Positions 52,281 through 64,000 of a stretch of DNA of 64,000 bases are shown here, piece by piece (the first letter of the stretch is position 1; each line of letters starts with the position of its first letter). The DNA comes from Phaeosaccion multiseriatum (Eukaryota > Protista > Ochrophyta, other classes): positions 1,674,001 through 1,738,000 of the forward strand of contig OZ218955.1 in the NCBI GenBank assembly GCA_965112735.1. Direction: 5' to 3'. The notes beneath the pieces are model-generated. The model was not told the DNA's origin. It made no database searches and saw only the letters and a program-made list of their open reading frames with translations. The translations under genes and the position numbers were made by a program.

Positions 52281-55200
52281 TCCTTGCCAACAGGGGCTGA
52301 CCTCCACCATGTGTCGGAACAAACACCACCAACTTCGTGCCAAAGAAAGCCTTCGTACTCGTGGCCAACCACACCAATTCGCAATCGGTCTCCTCCTTAC
52401 CGTCTCCGGCTTGAGCTGATTGCCCATGACAAGAAGCCCACCGAGTGTCAGCTCGCGCAGAAGCTCCCCCTGCGGCATGGTGAGGCACTGTGATAAGGAC
52501 AAGCCGCGGGAGGAGAGGCACGAGTACGCCGTCGCCAGCACACGATAGCCCTGGGGGAGGAGGAGGAGGAGGAGAGATCGAGGAGGGAGAGGGAGAGGGG
52601 AAGGGAGAGCGAGCGAAGGAGAAGGGTGGGTGAGAGAGGGAAAGGGAGAGAAGAGAATGATAAGAGAGAGTGGGAGAGTGAGTGAGAGGGAAAGTGAAGT
52701 AGAGCGAGAGAAGAGGGAGCGAGCGGAGGAGCAAGATAAGGGGGGTAGAGACGAGTGAGAGAGACGAGTGACTCCCCATGTATGTGCTCAGAGTGCTTCT
52801 AAATTCAATGAGGTGCCCCATCTGTTGGGCACGCGCGAGAATGCAAGACTCGCTCGCTTCTTCCTCCTCCTCCTGCTGCTCCTGCTCCTCCACCTCCTGC
52901 TCCTGCTCTTGCTCCTCCACCTCCTCCTCCTCCTCCTCCTCCTCCTCCTCCTCCTCCTCCTCCTCCTCCTCCTCCTCCTCCTCCTTCCCTTCAGCTCTTC
53001 GACTGATACTCCTATCCCATCAGCGAATCAAATCCATCCAACTCCTTCGATCCCTCCATCGGTCTATAGACATGTCTTCTTGCCTTGGTGGTGAGGTCGA
53101 GGAGCTCGGTGTCAAGGCCCTCCGGCAGAGACGCGCTGGTGCACAGAAGCCGAACGCTCTCGGGCGCGCCCTTCACTACAAGCAGCAAGCGACCTTGACC
53201 GCCAATCTACTCTCCCCACAGGGGATGGCAGTGGATGGGTAGGGAGGGAGGGAGGGAGAGAAGAAGGGGAGGGAGGGGATGGGGTGTGATGGTGGGGGGC
53301 ATATACATGTATGAGTAGTGGTGGTGGGGGGCATATACATGTATGAGTAGTGGTGGTGGGGGCATATACATGTATGAGTAGTGGTGGTGGGGGGCATATA
53401 CATGTATGAGTAGTGGTGGTGGGGGGCATATACATGTATGAGTAGTGGTGGTGGGGGCATATACATGTATGAGTAGTGGTGGTGGGGGCATATACATGTA
53501 TGAGTAGTGGTGGTGGGGGCATATACATGTATGAGTAGTGGTGGTGGGGGCATATACACGTATGAGTAGTGGTGGTGGGGGCATATACATGTATGAGTAG
53601 TGGTGGTGGGGGGCATATACATGTATGAGCAGTGGTGGTGGGGGCATATACACGTATGAGTAGTGGTGGTGGGGGGCATATACATGTATGAGTAGTGGTG
53701 GTGGGGGGCATATACATGTATGAGTAGTGGTGGTGGGGGCATATACATGTATGAGTAGTGGTGGTGGGGGCATATACATGTATGAGTAGTGGTGGTGGGG
53801 GGCATATACATGTATGAGTAGTGGTGGTGGGGGGCATATACATGTATGAGTAGTGGTGGTGGGGGCATATACACGTATGAGTAGTGGTGGTGGGGGCATA
53901 TACATGTATGAGTAGTGGTGGTGGGGGGCATATACATGTATGAGCAGTGGTGGTGGGGGCATATACATGTATGAGTAGTGGTGGTGGGGGGCATATACAT
54001 GTATGAGTAGTGGTGGTGGGGGGCATATACATGTATGAGTAGTGGTGGTGGGGGCATATACACGTATGAGTAGTGGTGGTGGGGGGCATATACATGTATG
54101 AGTAGTGGTGGTGGGGGCATATACATGTATGAGTAGTATGAGTACGAGGTAGAGACACGGGTGCAAGCAAGCAGAACGAAAAACGACACTCAACACAGAA
54201 AACCAAGAAAATGGGAGAAAAAAAGAAGGAACAGAGGTGAAAAGAGGGCGCAAGGAGGGACCAAAAGGTGACTGAAGAGCACCCCCCCCACACACACACG
54301 CACACACGCACACACGCACACACATCCCTCCCTCCCTCTCCCCTTCTCCTCACCTCCATTGCCAGAACCGCCATGATTCGTGAGTCCGCATCGAAGGGAA
54401 ACACGCGAAGTAGCGCGAGGGGGGAGGCCCCCCAGCCAGGAGAGGCGTGACCTCCATCCACAGCACCAGCCACAGCAGCACGAGGCTCGTCACTTTCACT
54501 ACTCTCCCCGTCCATGACAGAGGAGAGGGACGGCAGCACGAGGGCGTATGCGATTGAGGGCACCGCCACTCGCGCCTGCCCCAGTCCCTGTGAGGAGGGT
54601 AGAGCTGCAAGCCCGCCTCCCTGCTGCTGTTGTATCACCAACTGCCCCACCCCCGCCTGTTGCCCCTCCGTGTGCAAAGCGAGGGCGGACACAAGTCCGT
54701 CCCATGTCTTCTCGCCCCTCACAACGAGGTCCCAGCCCAACCAAGAAAACATTTCCTGCTCCAGAGGGTCGCTGATGTGATGTGATCCATAGACACAAAG
54801 AAAGAAACAGACAGAAAGGTGTCAGTAGTCAGGGACGAGGGGTGGGGGACCGGGGTGGTCAGGGGCCAAAGGGTCAGAGAGGGAGGAGCGGCCAGGGTCA
54901 GAGAGGGAGGAGCGGCCAGGGTCAGAGAGGGAGGAGCGGCCAGGGTCAGAGAGGGAGTAGCGGCCAGGGTCAGAGAGGGAGTAGCGGCCAGGGTCAGAGG
55001 GGGAGGAGCGGCCAGGGTCAGAGAGGGAGGAGCGGCCAGGGTCAGAGGGGGAGGAGCGGCCAGGGTCAGAGGGGGGGAGAAGGGTCAGGGTGAGAGAGGG
55101 GTATCGGGGGGTACGGGGTCAGGGGGAGTGGTGTCAGGGGCGGGGGGTGTGGTGAAACGTAGGGTAACGATACACCACACACCATTACACCTTCCACTCC

Positions 55201-58200
55201 CTCGCTCCCTCGCTCTCTCGCAATGCACACTGCCCACCGATCCCCTGCCCCACGCCCACCCACTGACAACGCCTAACAAACTGAAAGTGAAACTGAAATT
55301 GACATTGAAACTGAAAAGTGAAAGAGAAACTCACCCCACGATGCGGCCCTGTTGAATATGTCCGCCGTGTCTCCCCTCCAATCCATGTCCAGACGCCTCC
55401 TCCTCTCCCTCCCCTAGAACGAGCCGGTCCAGGCTGTGGCAGGCCGCTAGAGAGTAAGTCATGGGAAGACCGCCCCCCCTGGGGTCGAAGAGGTAGGGAG
55501 GGGGTGGGGGTGGGGGTGGCGGGGCTGCCATCACAGGCTGTGGGGACCTACTGCTGCCACTGCCACTGCTCCACCTGCTGCCATCCCCCGAGCCATCCTC
55601 AGAGGCGTGGCTGCAGGTGTGGGTGTGGTGTGCGTCAGGCGGCGCTGCTCGTGGAAGAGCGGCGTGCTCGATCAGCCCTGAGAGTTGTGCGCTGCTTCTT
55701 TCGCGGCCATTGCCCTCCCCCCTTCCCTCTTCTCCGTTGTTCGCCACCACCCCTCCTCCTCCTCCTCCTCCTCCTCCTCCTCCTCCTCCTCCTCCTCCTC
55801 CTCCTCCTCCTCCTCCTCCTCCTCCTCCTCCTCCACCTCCGCCTCCTCCCCGTTCTTGAGCATAGTCCCCTTCTTGCTTGTCTCCCGCTCTCTCGTGCCC
55901 CCCCCCATGCTTCACCACCATCACCCCCGCTACAGTGTCGCTGTCGGTGGTGAGAGTACCCGTCTTGTCATAGCAAACGCAGTCCACATTGCCCGCCGTG
56001 GCAATGTGCTCTGGCGACGTACTGGAAATGCCCTTTCGCTGCAGAGCACCAAACGCCGCAGCAGTGCCAATTGTGAGCGCCAGAGGAAGGGCAGGAGGGA
56101 TAACGATGGTGAACAGGTCCATGGAGCGGTACCAAATAACTGCAGCAGGTCAAGACAGAGAGAGAGAGGGAGAGAGAGAGAAAGGGGGGGGGGAGGGGGA
56201 GTAAGGGAGAGAGAACGGGGGGAGGGGGGGGGGAGGGTGGGAAGGAGGACGGAAGGAGAATGGGTTGACACATGTCAAGCAGCAAGCATATCAACATGTC
56301 AAGCAGCTAGCTTACAAGCAAGAGAGAGATGTACCGCCTACACCACACGAACGACACTCCCCCCCCCCCCTCTCCCCTACCTATTCTCTCCGCATGCAAG
56401 ACGAGGTTGGCGTAAAGTGCGTACCACGCGACGAAGACGACAACGACCACGAGAAGGACCTTAATGTACACCAAGGCAGCGCTCTGGTGCTCCACGTGGG
56501 TCTCAGACTGCTGCGGAAACCTGGGGAGGAGGAGGGGGAGGAGGAGGAGGAGCAGAAGGAATGAATGCCATCCGTGGGGGATGAAACGAAGGAATGAATG
56601 GAATACTACAGCGCTCCTGTGCCTTTGTTGACTTACTTCATAGCTCGCATGAGCTTCCCTTTGGCCGTGTCACATCCCGTGCGTACAGCCACGGCTAGCA
56701 CAGGCATATGGGTCGTCTTCATCTCGCTCAGCCCCCCGCCGCCCCCCTCCCCGTCTGGTGTATCACCAACTGCAGACCCGGGCGACTGCAAGAGCGACCA
56801 CACCGATGAGTTTCGCCTCTCCTGTACCACCAACTGCTGCTGCTTGCCGGAAGAGGGAAGAGCATCCTCTGCCGTATCACCAACTGCTGTATCACCAACT
56901 GCAGCGGATGCGTCCGCCGGATGCAGGGGGACGACGGGCTTGACTTGAAGCACTTGGGTACCGCTGAGCAAGACGTGCTTCTCCATCTTCTTCTGCTCCA
57001 GGGGGTTCCATGTGTCGAACCAGAAACCTTCACCCCCTCCTGACGACAGATCCAGAGGAAGTGCGTATTTTGCGACAGGGGCACTCTCCCCCGTGAGCAT
57101 TGCTTCACTCACGAGCACTTGGCCCGTGAGAAGGACGAGATCGCAGGGAGAGAGCATGCCCGGAGTCACCACCACCACGTCACCAGGGCACACGGCAGAC
57201 GACATTATGTCAACAGGCTCAAAGCGGGGGGGAGGAGGAGGAGGACAGGGAGGTGGAGGCGGCGGCGGCGGAGGGACAGAGGTGGGCACTGCGGAGGAGG
57301 AGGAGGTGGTGGAGGAGGGAGCAGTCACAGTCTCTTCCTCCTCCTTCACCACCTCCTCCTCCTCCTCCACCACCACCTCCTCCTTTTCCTCCTCCGCCCC
57401 GTCTGTTCTCCCTTGCCACCGCTGCTGTATCACCAACTGCTGCTGCTGCTTGTCCTTCTTGGGCATACTGGTAGCAGCAGGAGGAGCGGAGGAGGCGAGC
57501 CCCGCCTTCTTGAGGGGGGCCTCCAGCCCTGCAATGTGCGCGAGCAGCATCTGTGAGTGGCGTACTCCCACCGCCTCCACCACCACAGAGAGCAGCGTGA
57601 GCAGGACAATGACCCAGGCGTACATAACGTAACCGCCTACCATCCACACCACGATGGAGAACACCTGGAAGGCACAGAAGGGAGACATGACTTCGCGCAT
57701 ACAGAGCGTGGCCAGGTGGTCCACCTGAGAAGGGGGGAGGGAGGAGGGAGGAGGGTCACGATAAACACATGACACACATACACACACACACACACACACA
57801 CAGAGAGAGAGAGGCGATGTCGGACATTCAGTAATGGTGCTGCTTGGGGGGGGGGGTCGGCGCAGAGTACGAGACGGGGCTGGAAAAGGGGTCGATCTTT
57901 TCATTAAACCCTCCGAGAAGGAAGGCGCAGGTCCTCGCTCAGGCTCCGCTTCTTTGAACCTCTCGGTCATACGTACGTAACGTACATATGTGCGTACTTA
58001 CCTCCATTGACATGGTGTTTGAGCCGTAGGTGCGTGCGCGTGTGGCTTGGGCTTGCTGCTGCTCCTCTCCTCCCCTCCCCTCGCCGCCCGCCCCGCCCAG
58101 CGACTCTCGCAGACGCTCATACGCGATGCTGTGGAGCTGCGCGTAAGACATGCCTGACGGAGCAGAGAAGAGCAGCGTAGAGGCGTATGGACAAGGCACG

Positions 58201-59928
58201 ACAGGGTAGGGAAGAGCAGAGCAGCCTCAGCTTCAGCCAGAGACCGAACTGCCTCCCCTCCCCTCTCCCTCCCCCCCGCTCCCCTCTCCCCCCCCTCCCC
58301 CTCCTCCCCTCTCCTCCCCTCTCCCCCCCGCTCCCCTCTCCCCCCCCTCCCTCTCCTCCCCTCTCCTCCCCTCTCCCCCCCGCTCCCCTCTCCCCCCCCT
58401 CCCTCTCCTCCCCTCTCCTCCCCTCTCCCCCCCGCTCCCCTCTCCCCCCCCTCCCTCTCCTCCCCTCTCCTCCCCTCTCCCCCCCGCTCCCCTTTCCTCC
58501 CCCTCCCTCTCCTCCCCTCTCCCCCCCGCTCCCCTTTCCTCCCCCTCCCTCTCCTCCCCTCTCCTCCCCTTCCTCCCCTCCCCTCTCTTCTCCTCTCCTC
58601 TCCTCCCCTCCCTCCCCCTCCCCTCTCCTCTCCTCCCTTCCCTGCGTGCGCTCACCTGCAAGGCCCATTTCGAGCCGCACCCACTCCAGCTGCGGAGAGC
58701 CAACGCCTTCATCGGCGTCGTCGCCATATCCCGGCACTGCATGTTGGCTCGTCGCTGGCAAGAGAAAGAACCTATTGAACCGCCACACGACCATCCTAAC
58801 CCGCTCTTCACCATCTCCCTCCTCCCTGTGCTCGCCACGGTCCCCGCCGAGGTGCTGATACTGCCCATACACTCCACTGCTTCCCCCGTCGCTGGAGGAG
58901 GAGGAGGAGGTGGGGGTGGAGGGTATGGTGTGGATGGGTACCACCTCCAGTGAGCCGTCGAGGGCCTCTATAGCAAGGAAGTCGCCATCGTAGCTGTAGC
59001 TCCTGTGAAGAGGGCTCTTTCCTCCTCCTCCTCCTCCTCCTCCTCCTCCTCCTCCTTCTTCTTCTTCTTCTTCTTCTTCTTCTTCTTCTTCTTCTTCTTC
59101 TTCTTCTTCTTCTTCTTCTTCTTCTTCTTCTTCTTCTTCTTCTTCCTGGATGTGCCCGCGGGTGCCAAGAAGCCTGCTCGACTCGTGTTCAGAAGTGCAG
59201 TCACCACGCTCTACTGCGCTGCTGCTGCTGTCACCACGCTCTATGGTGCTGCTGCTGCTCGATGAGTCCAGGTCCAGGCTGCTGCTCCTATTGCTGTTGC
59301 TGCCACTGCTGCTGCTGGGGGAGGTGAGAGATCGAGGCCACTTGGGGCGAGCTGGGGCGAAAGTGGTGGGGTCTTTGACTGTCGCGTAGCGCAGCCATGC
59401 CCGCAGCCTGGGTAAATAGGCCTGCAGGATGTAAAGAAGGCCTCCGGTGGGCACGTTGAGCATACAAAACACTGTGCAGAATGGGCAGAAGAAGAAGAAG
59501 AAGAAGAAGAAGAAGGATAGGGGGGGAGAGTTTGAGGGAAGCAAAGAAGCCCAGCAGGGAAGACGGGAGGGGGGAGCGGTTGGCGGAGTCGGGGAGCGCT
59601 TTAAGACCAGCCATGAGCGGCTCACGTCGCCATGACAACAAATGTCTTGTCTCGTTTTCGTACCTGTCTCCTTGACGGCGCTCTTCTTCAAAGTCACAAC
59701 ACGCCGAGCAGTGAGGATGCGCACATCTTCATCCGTCTCGCCTGCGTCTGCTTCCTCTGCACCCCCTCCTCCCGTTGTCGATGCTCGCTTCTTCCCCCCC
59801 CTGCCGTTCAGCCCTGCCGCAGCTGCCCCGGCTACCAAGAGCTTGCCCTGCCGAACTGCGAGCGGACAAAGGTACCTATTGTTTACAAGAGCACCAGTCC
59901 TCTCCTTGCCCGGCATATCGGCCATCAT
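47608..59928 (-). CDS. ATP13A: P5B-type P-type ATPase (ATP13A2-5/Ypk9-like, putative polyamine transporter), multi-exon
   Basis: N-terminal 'PTGGLLYILQAYLPR', 'EVMSPFCAFQVFSIVVW', 'EAMLTGESAPVAK', 'RTGCDTAKGKLMR', P5B signature 'TIVIPPALP', phosphorylation site 'DKTGTLT', 'FPFDADSRIM', 'KGAPE', 'GYRVLA', 'NQLKPET', 'ITGDN', 'VFARAKPKEKQRIV', 'MVGDGAND', 'AAPFST', 'EGRGALATS', followed by C-terminal TM helices. Confidence 0.92.
48090..48244. repeat. Intronic 21-bp minisatellite (CCATCCACTGCCAYCCCYTGS-like), about 7 copies
   Basis: Gives the periodic MAVDGQG shadow translation. Confidence 0.85.
53290..54139. repeat. Intronic 31/32-bp minisatellite GGTGGTG5-6CATATACATGTATGAGTAGT, about 27 copies
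   Basis: Near-identical head-to-tail units with no spacers, inside the P5B ATPase intron (~54351-53205). Confidence 0.95.
54857..55088. repeat. Intronic 24-bp minisatellite GGCCAGGGTCAGAGAGGGAGGAGC, about 8-9 copies
   Basis: Gives the periodic GQRGRSGQ shadow translation. Confidence 0.9.
58253..58640. repeat. Intronic C/T-rich compound repeat (purine-rich on the sense strand)
   Basis: Recurring CTCCCCTCTCCCCCCCGCTCCCC blocks. Confidence 0.85.
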
Positions 59929-60406
59929 TTCTTTCTTCCACCCCCCCCTTGGCTTAAATAATAGTCTGTACGTATGAGGTGTGTCAAGACACCATTTCAC
60001 CCTATTTTGGTCCTCCCTCCCCACCGCTACTAGCTGATCCCAGATGAGTAAGTACGCTGGTCGCTTGGGGTGGAAGGAGTTTCCATCGCTGCTGGAGATC
60101 ACCGAACGTCACCCCCCAGTGAGGAGTCCGAAGAAGGAGGAGAAAATCTTGGAATGACAGAAAGGGGTCCGGCAAATTAGCCACACTTATCCTTGCGCTC
60201 AGTCCCAGAAAGGCGGGCACCTCCAGCGTGTGTGGGGGTGACAACGTAAGGGCTGACGAGGGGCTTGCAGTGTGTGAGTGGATTGAGTGTGAGGAGGGAG
60301 CGTCGCCAACCACTTTCATGCGTAGAACCAACTGGTCTTTTACCACACTGCTCTGCTTAAATCTCTCTTTTCTCTTTTCTCCTTTTCTCGCCTCTCTTTG
60401 GTCTTC
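59929..60406. promoter_or_regulatory. Probable bidirectional promoter (P5B ATPase / methyltransferase)
   Basis: About 480 bp between the inferred divergent starts. Confidence 0.4.
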
Positions 60407-61532
60407 ATGTCCCCCGTGCATAGCAATGGCAGGAAGGAGGGAGTGGAGGGAGAGCCTGCGGACCTGTTGCATCAGCAGGGCAAAAAGAGGAAGAGGAAGA
60501 GGGCAGATATGAATTGCATGGGCGCTTCTGAAGTTGGGATAAACGGAGAAAAGAAGCAGGAGAAGCATCTAAAGCGCAAGAAGAATATGGAGAAGAAAAA
60601 GAAAAAGAAGAAGAGGGCAGATGCGGATGAGGGGAAAGGGCCAAGCGATGTAAGAGCAATCGAGACGGGGGCGTCTGAAGTACGGGTATGTGAACAAGAG
60701 AAGAAGCCTCAGGAGGGGGGGATTTCTAAGCGTAAGAAGAAAGAGAAGAAGACTAATGGCCCACCAGCAGCAGGAAAAGGAGGAGGAGGAGGAGGAGGAG
60801 GAGGAGGAGGAGGAGGAGGAGGAGGTGGAGAGGTGTCAGCCACTGCTGCCGAGGGAGCTAAGCGTGGTAAAAACAGTGGCACACGGACGAAGGATCGCCG
60901 CCACCCCTTCGAAGTCGACTACTGCGATCACTTTGAGACGCCTCTCCAAGCCTACCAGGACATAGAGCCCATCCTGAGCTTACTCGCCAAGCGGCTGGGC
61001 AAGACCAAGGCGAACCTCCGCATATGGGACCCCTTCTACTGCGAGGGACGGGTGGTCACTCTGCTGAAGCAGTGCGGCTTCCACACTGTACGCCACACCA
61101 ACGAAGACTTCTACGCTCTGGTGAAGGACGGCGCCGAACCCCCCCACGACGTCATCGTGACGAACCCACCCTACAGCGCCGATCACAAGCAGCGCTGTCT
61201 CAGCTACCTGGTGTCTTCAGGTGATTAGGGCCATCTTCGCTTGCCTGCAGCATGCTGTGTTTGTTCCTGGACGGCTTCTTCTTTCTCTTGACTCGATTTC
61301 CTTCCACCATGTGCCGGCTCAACCCCGATGCGCCATGCTATCGCAGCAGTCACCCACCTTTCTTGCGACACTTCGGTACATACTGACAGACCATCTTGTC
61401 CCTCTCCTCTCCTCTCGCTGGTGTGACCCCCACCGCCCCATCCATCCCAGGCAAGCCCTGGCTGCTGCTGATACCGAACTACGTGGCCACGAAGGACTAC
61501 TACAAGGAGACTGTCCTGCAGAAGTTGGTGAT

Positions 61533-61577
<45 letters not shown>

Positions 61578-61771
61578 GGAGGGGAAGGAGGTGAAGGGCG
61601 GCGGAAAGGGGCGGGGGGTCGCTTACCAAGAGCCCTTCTACGTGGTGCCCGAGGTTAAGTACGAGTTTGACCATCCGGAGGGTACCGGGCACACGACTTC
61701 GCCCTTTTTCGGCATCTGGTACTGCCACGCCGGGCCTTGGACAGACAACATCTTCGACAGCACGCCTCGGA

Positions 61772-61809
<38 letters not shown>

Positions 61810-62110
61810 TTTGTGTCGGAATCTAGTGGTGGAGTGGGCAAACACGTCATATTTGTGAAGCCACGTTGCGTGCTTCTGAACAACGCCACTCTCACCCCAC
61901 ACGCATTGTCATTGTCCATCTCGCTTTACGCTTCCCCTCCCCTCCCCCTCACCCCGCACACACCTACACGAGCAGAGCGGATCCACTGCCCCCCGCCTAG
62001 TCAGATCTGTAGCGGCTCTGGCAGCCCAGGCGTTGGTGCCCACAGCCAAGAGGGCTAATCCCCGGCAGAGGAAAGCCGCCAGAAAGAGAGCCATGAGGGG
62101 CCGGGCGTGA
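60407..62110 (+). CDS. SAM-dependent amino-methyltransferase (NPPY motif; resembles phage/large-virus N6-adenine MTases) with Lys-rich N-terminus, 3 exons
   Basis: Exons 60407-61220, 61451-61773, 61976-62110. 'DHFETP', motif-I-like 'IWDPFYCEG', 'NEDFY', motif IV 'DVIVTNPPYS', 'KPWLLLIP'. Basic NLS-like tracts at both ends. Confidence 0.75.
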
Positions 62111-62618
62111 GCAAGGGGGGGCTAATGTAATGTACGCTTATTGGCCCCCCTTGGTGTGAGCAAGTGAGCGATGAGGTCGGGGCGGAAGAGAGCGAAGAGA
62201 GGGAGGGAGGGGACGAGGCCTGAAATGATTGCACCTTACTTGCTTGGCCTCCGGAGAAGGAGGGAAAAGTGGGCAACGAAGGGTCCGAGCGGCCGACAGA
62301 GAGAGAGGGAGGATGGGGGGGGGAGGGGGCCCAAGGACGGATGGCTGTGCCTTGGTTTTTCTGTTTTACTCGCCTTCAAGAGAAAAGGCCGAAAGGGAAA
62401 GGCCGAAAGGGAAAAAAAATTGTTAATAACCAGCAAAAGAAGGAGAAGCGAAAAGCAAAAAGCTGCTTCTTCACCACAAAACCTGTTCTGCGTATCTGAT
62501 GTGTTGCATCTCTCTCTCTGTATGTGTCTTGTCTATATCTGCGTGTGTGTGTAACTGAAGCTTGCTTATCGTAAGGCAGCTCCCGTACGCTTCCAAAGTG
62601 TCATTGCGCTCGAGCACG

Positions 62619-62649
<31 letters not shown>

Positions 62650-62659
62650 CCCGACCCTC

Positions 62660-64000
62660 CTCTCACTCAGACGAAGGCCACTGCGAACGCCGCTCTTGAC
62701 TACACTCCGAACAACTTGAAACCGATTCTTGACCAGCTCGCTGCACGACGGGGACAACCAATTAACGGAAAGACTTACGTATCGTACTTACGTAAGGTTT
62801 CTCTTAATCGGAGCTCCAAGCTGTTGGACAAAAAGGGGTTCGCAAAGCACCTGACGTCATCCATCTCGGATTCCGAGACACGGGGCTCGTCAACCGCATA
62901 CGTGGCCTGGCAGTAAGGCTGATAGGCTGGTAGGCTGGTTGGTAGGCAGGCTGGTCGGCAGGCTGGCAGGCCGGCATCGTCACCACCGCCTGTACGGTAG
63001 AGTAGAAAAGACAAATTCCCACACAAGTGCTTGATCGCCAAGGCCAATGAGCCCCACACACCCGACCGGTGGACACGGTATACACTGTATACACGAGGCG
63101 GAGACTCTCGTCCCCTCCCCAAAGGAGCCTTGACAGGCTTACCAGTTACCAGCATCGTGGAGAGATGCGAGCACGTGGCCTCAGCAAGGGAGCCGGTAAG
63201 GGCTGACAAGAGGCAACCGAGGGGGTCGTCGCAGCCCCGCTGTGCCTCCTCCTCCTCCTCCTCCTCCTCCTCCTCCTGCTGCTGCTGCTGCTGCTGCTGT
63301 GAAAGTGGGGGCCAGCAAGTCCAGCTGGTAGTCCTGATAGACTGCGGCCCGAGGTTCGTAAGCTGTTTGCCCCCACTACCCCCAACCAAACCAAGTGCGC
63401 CCACGTACCACCCCGAAGATCAATCAGTGGGGGTGAAGGAGGGAGCCCCCCCCCCCCTGTGCCTATCCGTGGCCGGGCAGGACGGCAGATACTTGCAGCT
63501 CTGCCCAGCCTCTCCTCAGCTTCCTCTCCACCTCTTCTCAGTCCGGCGGTGTGGAGGAGAAGAGAGGCCACTCCTTCCATCCCACGCCACACGCTGTGTT
63601 GTTCGCGTTGCCCTAAATTACAAGGTGTGTCGCTGGAGGAGAATCGTCGCTGTCGGTACACACATTCAAAAATCAAAACTAGCGGGCTCCTTTGCAGCGA
63701 CGAAGCATGTGCTTGCTGAAAGTAGAAGCAGCTTCCATGCCCTGGAAGTCGTCCGGCCTACCCCCCCCCCCCCCCCGCTCGCTCGCCCGCTCGGCCAGAC
63801 TGCTTGTGGCACGAAGAGCAAGAGAAGAAGCTTGACGAGCAGCAGCTACACACACGCACTCTCCCTTCGGGGCGGGTGAGGGCATGGTGAAGACTGAAAG
63901 TCCCTCCATATTCCCTCGAGCAGCAACAAAGGCCAAACCATCGCCCTCTTTCCTTGTGCCTTACACCCCCATTATGTAGCTGCCCGCTGTTGCTCGAGGC
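62660..64000 (-). CDS. 3' part of a hypothetical multi-exon gene entering from the right edge
   Basis: Exon-like open frames (63404-63025; 62910-62795 'ATYAVDEPRVSESEMDDVRCFANPFLSNSLELRLRETL') with poly-Q/E tracts typical of coding exons here. C-homopolymers at ~63446 and ~63761 make the frame uncertain. No domain recognised. Confidence 0.35.

Noticed and set aside
53176-54325. Long ORFs in all three minus frames (HHHYSYMYMPPP..., TTTTHTCICP...) and a CRISPR-like look
   Set aside because: They are translations of a 31/32-bp tandem repeat inside an intron. There are no unique spacers and no cas genes, and the context is eukaryotic.

Overview
Gene-dense, intron-rich eukaryotic nuclear DNA. GT-AG introns are packed with (GGGA)/(CCCT), (GTGA)/(TCAC), (GA), (CA) and (ATCC) microsatellites, and exons are full of trinucleotide low-complexity tracts. 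The style and gene content suggest a stramenopile alga, possibly a eustigmatophyte (inference). Most ORFs in the six-frame track are repeat-driven shadows. Splicing by eye supports about 11 genes: ATAD5/ELG1-like clamp unloader (runs off the left edge, with an apparent IPT/TIG insertion), ubinuclein/HPC2, a Frag1/DRAM/Sfk1 membrane protein, a head-to-head pair of WRKY19-like Cys3His zinc-finger paralogues, SERF, KRI1, an in-frame fusion of a divergent triosephosphate isomerase to an SMP-30/gluconolactonase, single-chain ATP-citrate lyase, a P5B ATPase and an NPPY-motif amino-methyltransferase. A partial hypothetical gene lies at the right edge. Most striking observations: (1) the TPI-like/SMP-30 fusion with remodelled phosphate-binding loops; (2) the short motif CAG-TTGGTGATA-CAG, which interrupts CAG/CTG tracts at 16 exact and about 12 variant sites, on both strands, in several reading frames, in introns and between genes; (3) an intron-containing methyltransferase resembling phage/large-virus N6-adenine MTases; (4) a 119-bp MITE-like element upstream of ATP-citrate lyase; (5) complementary repeats at opposite ends of introns. 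Exon boundaries were derived by hand and no database searches were run.
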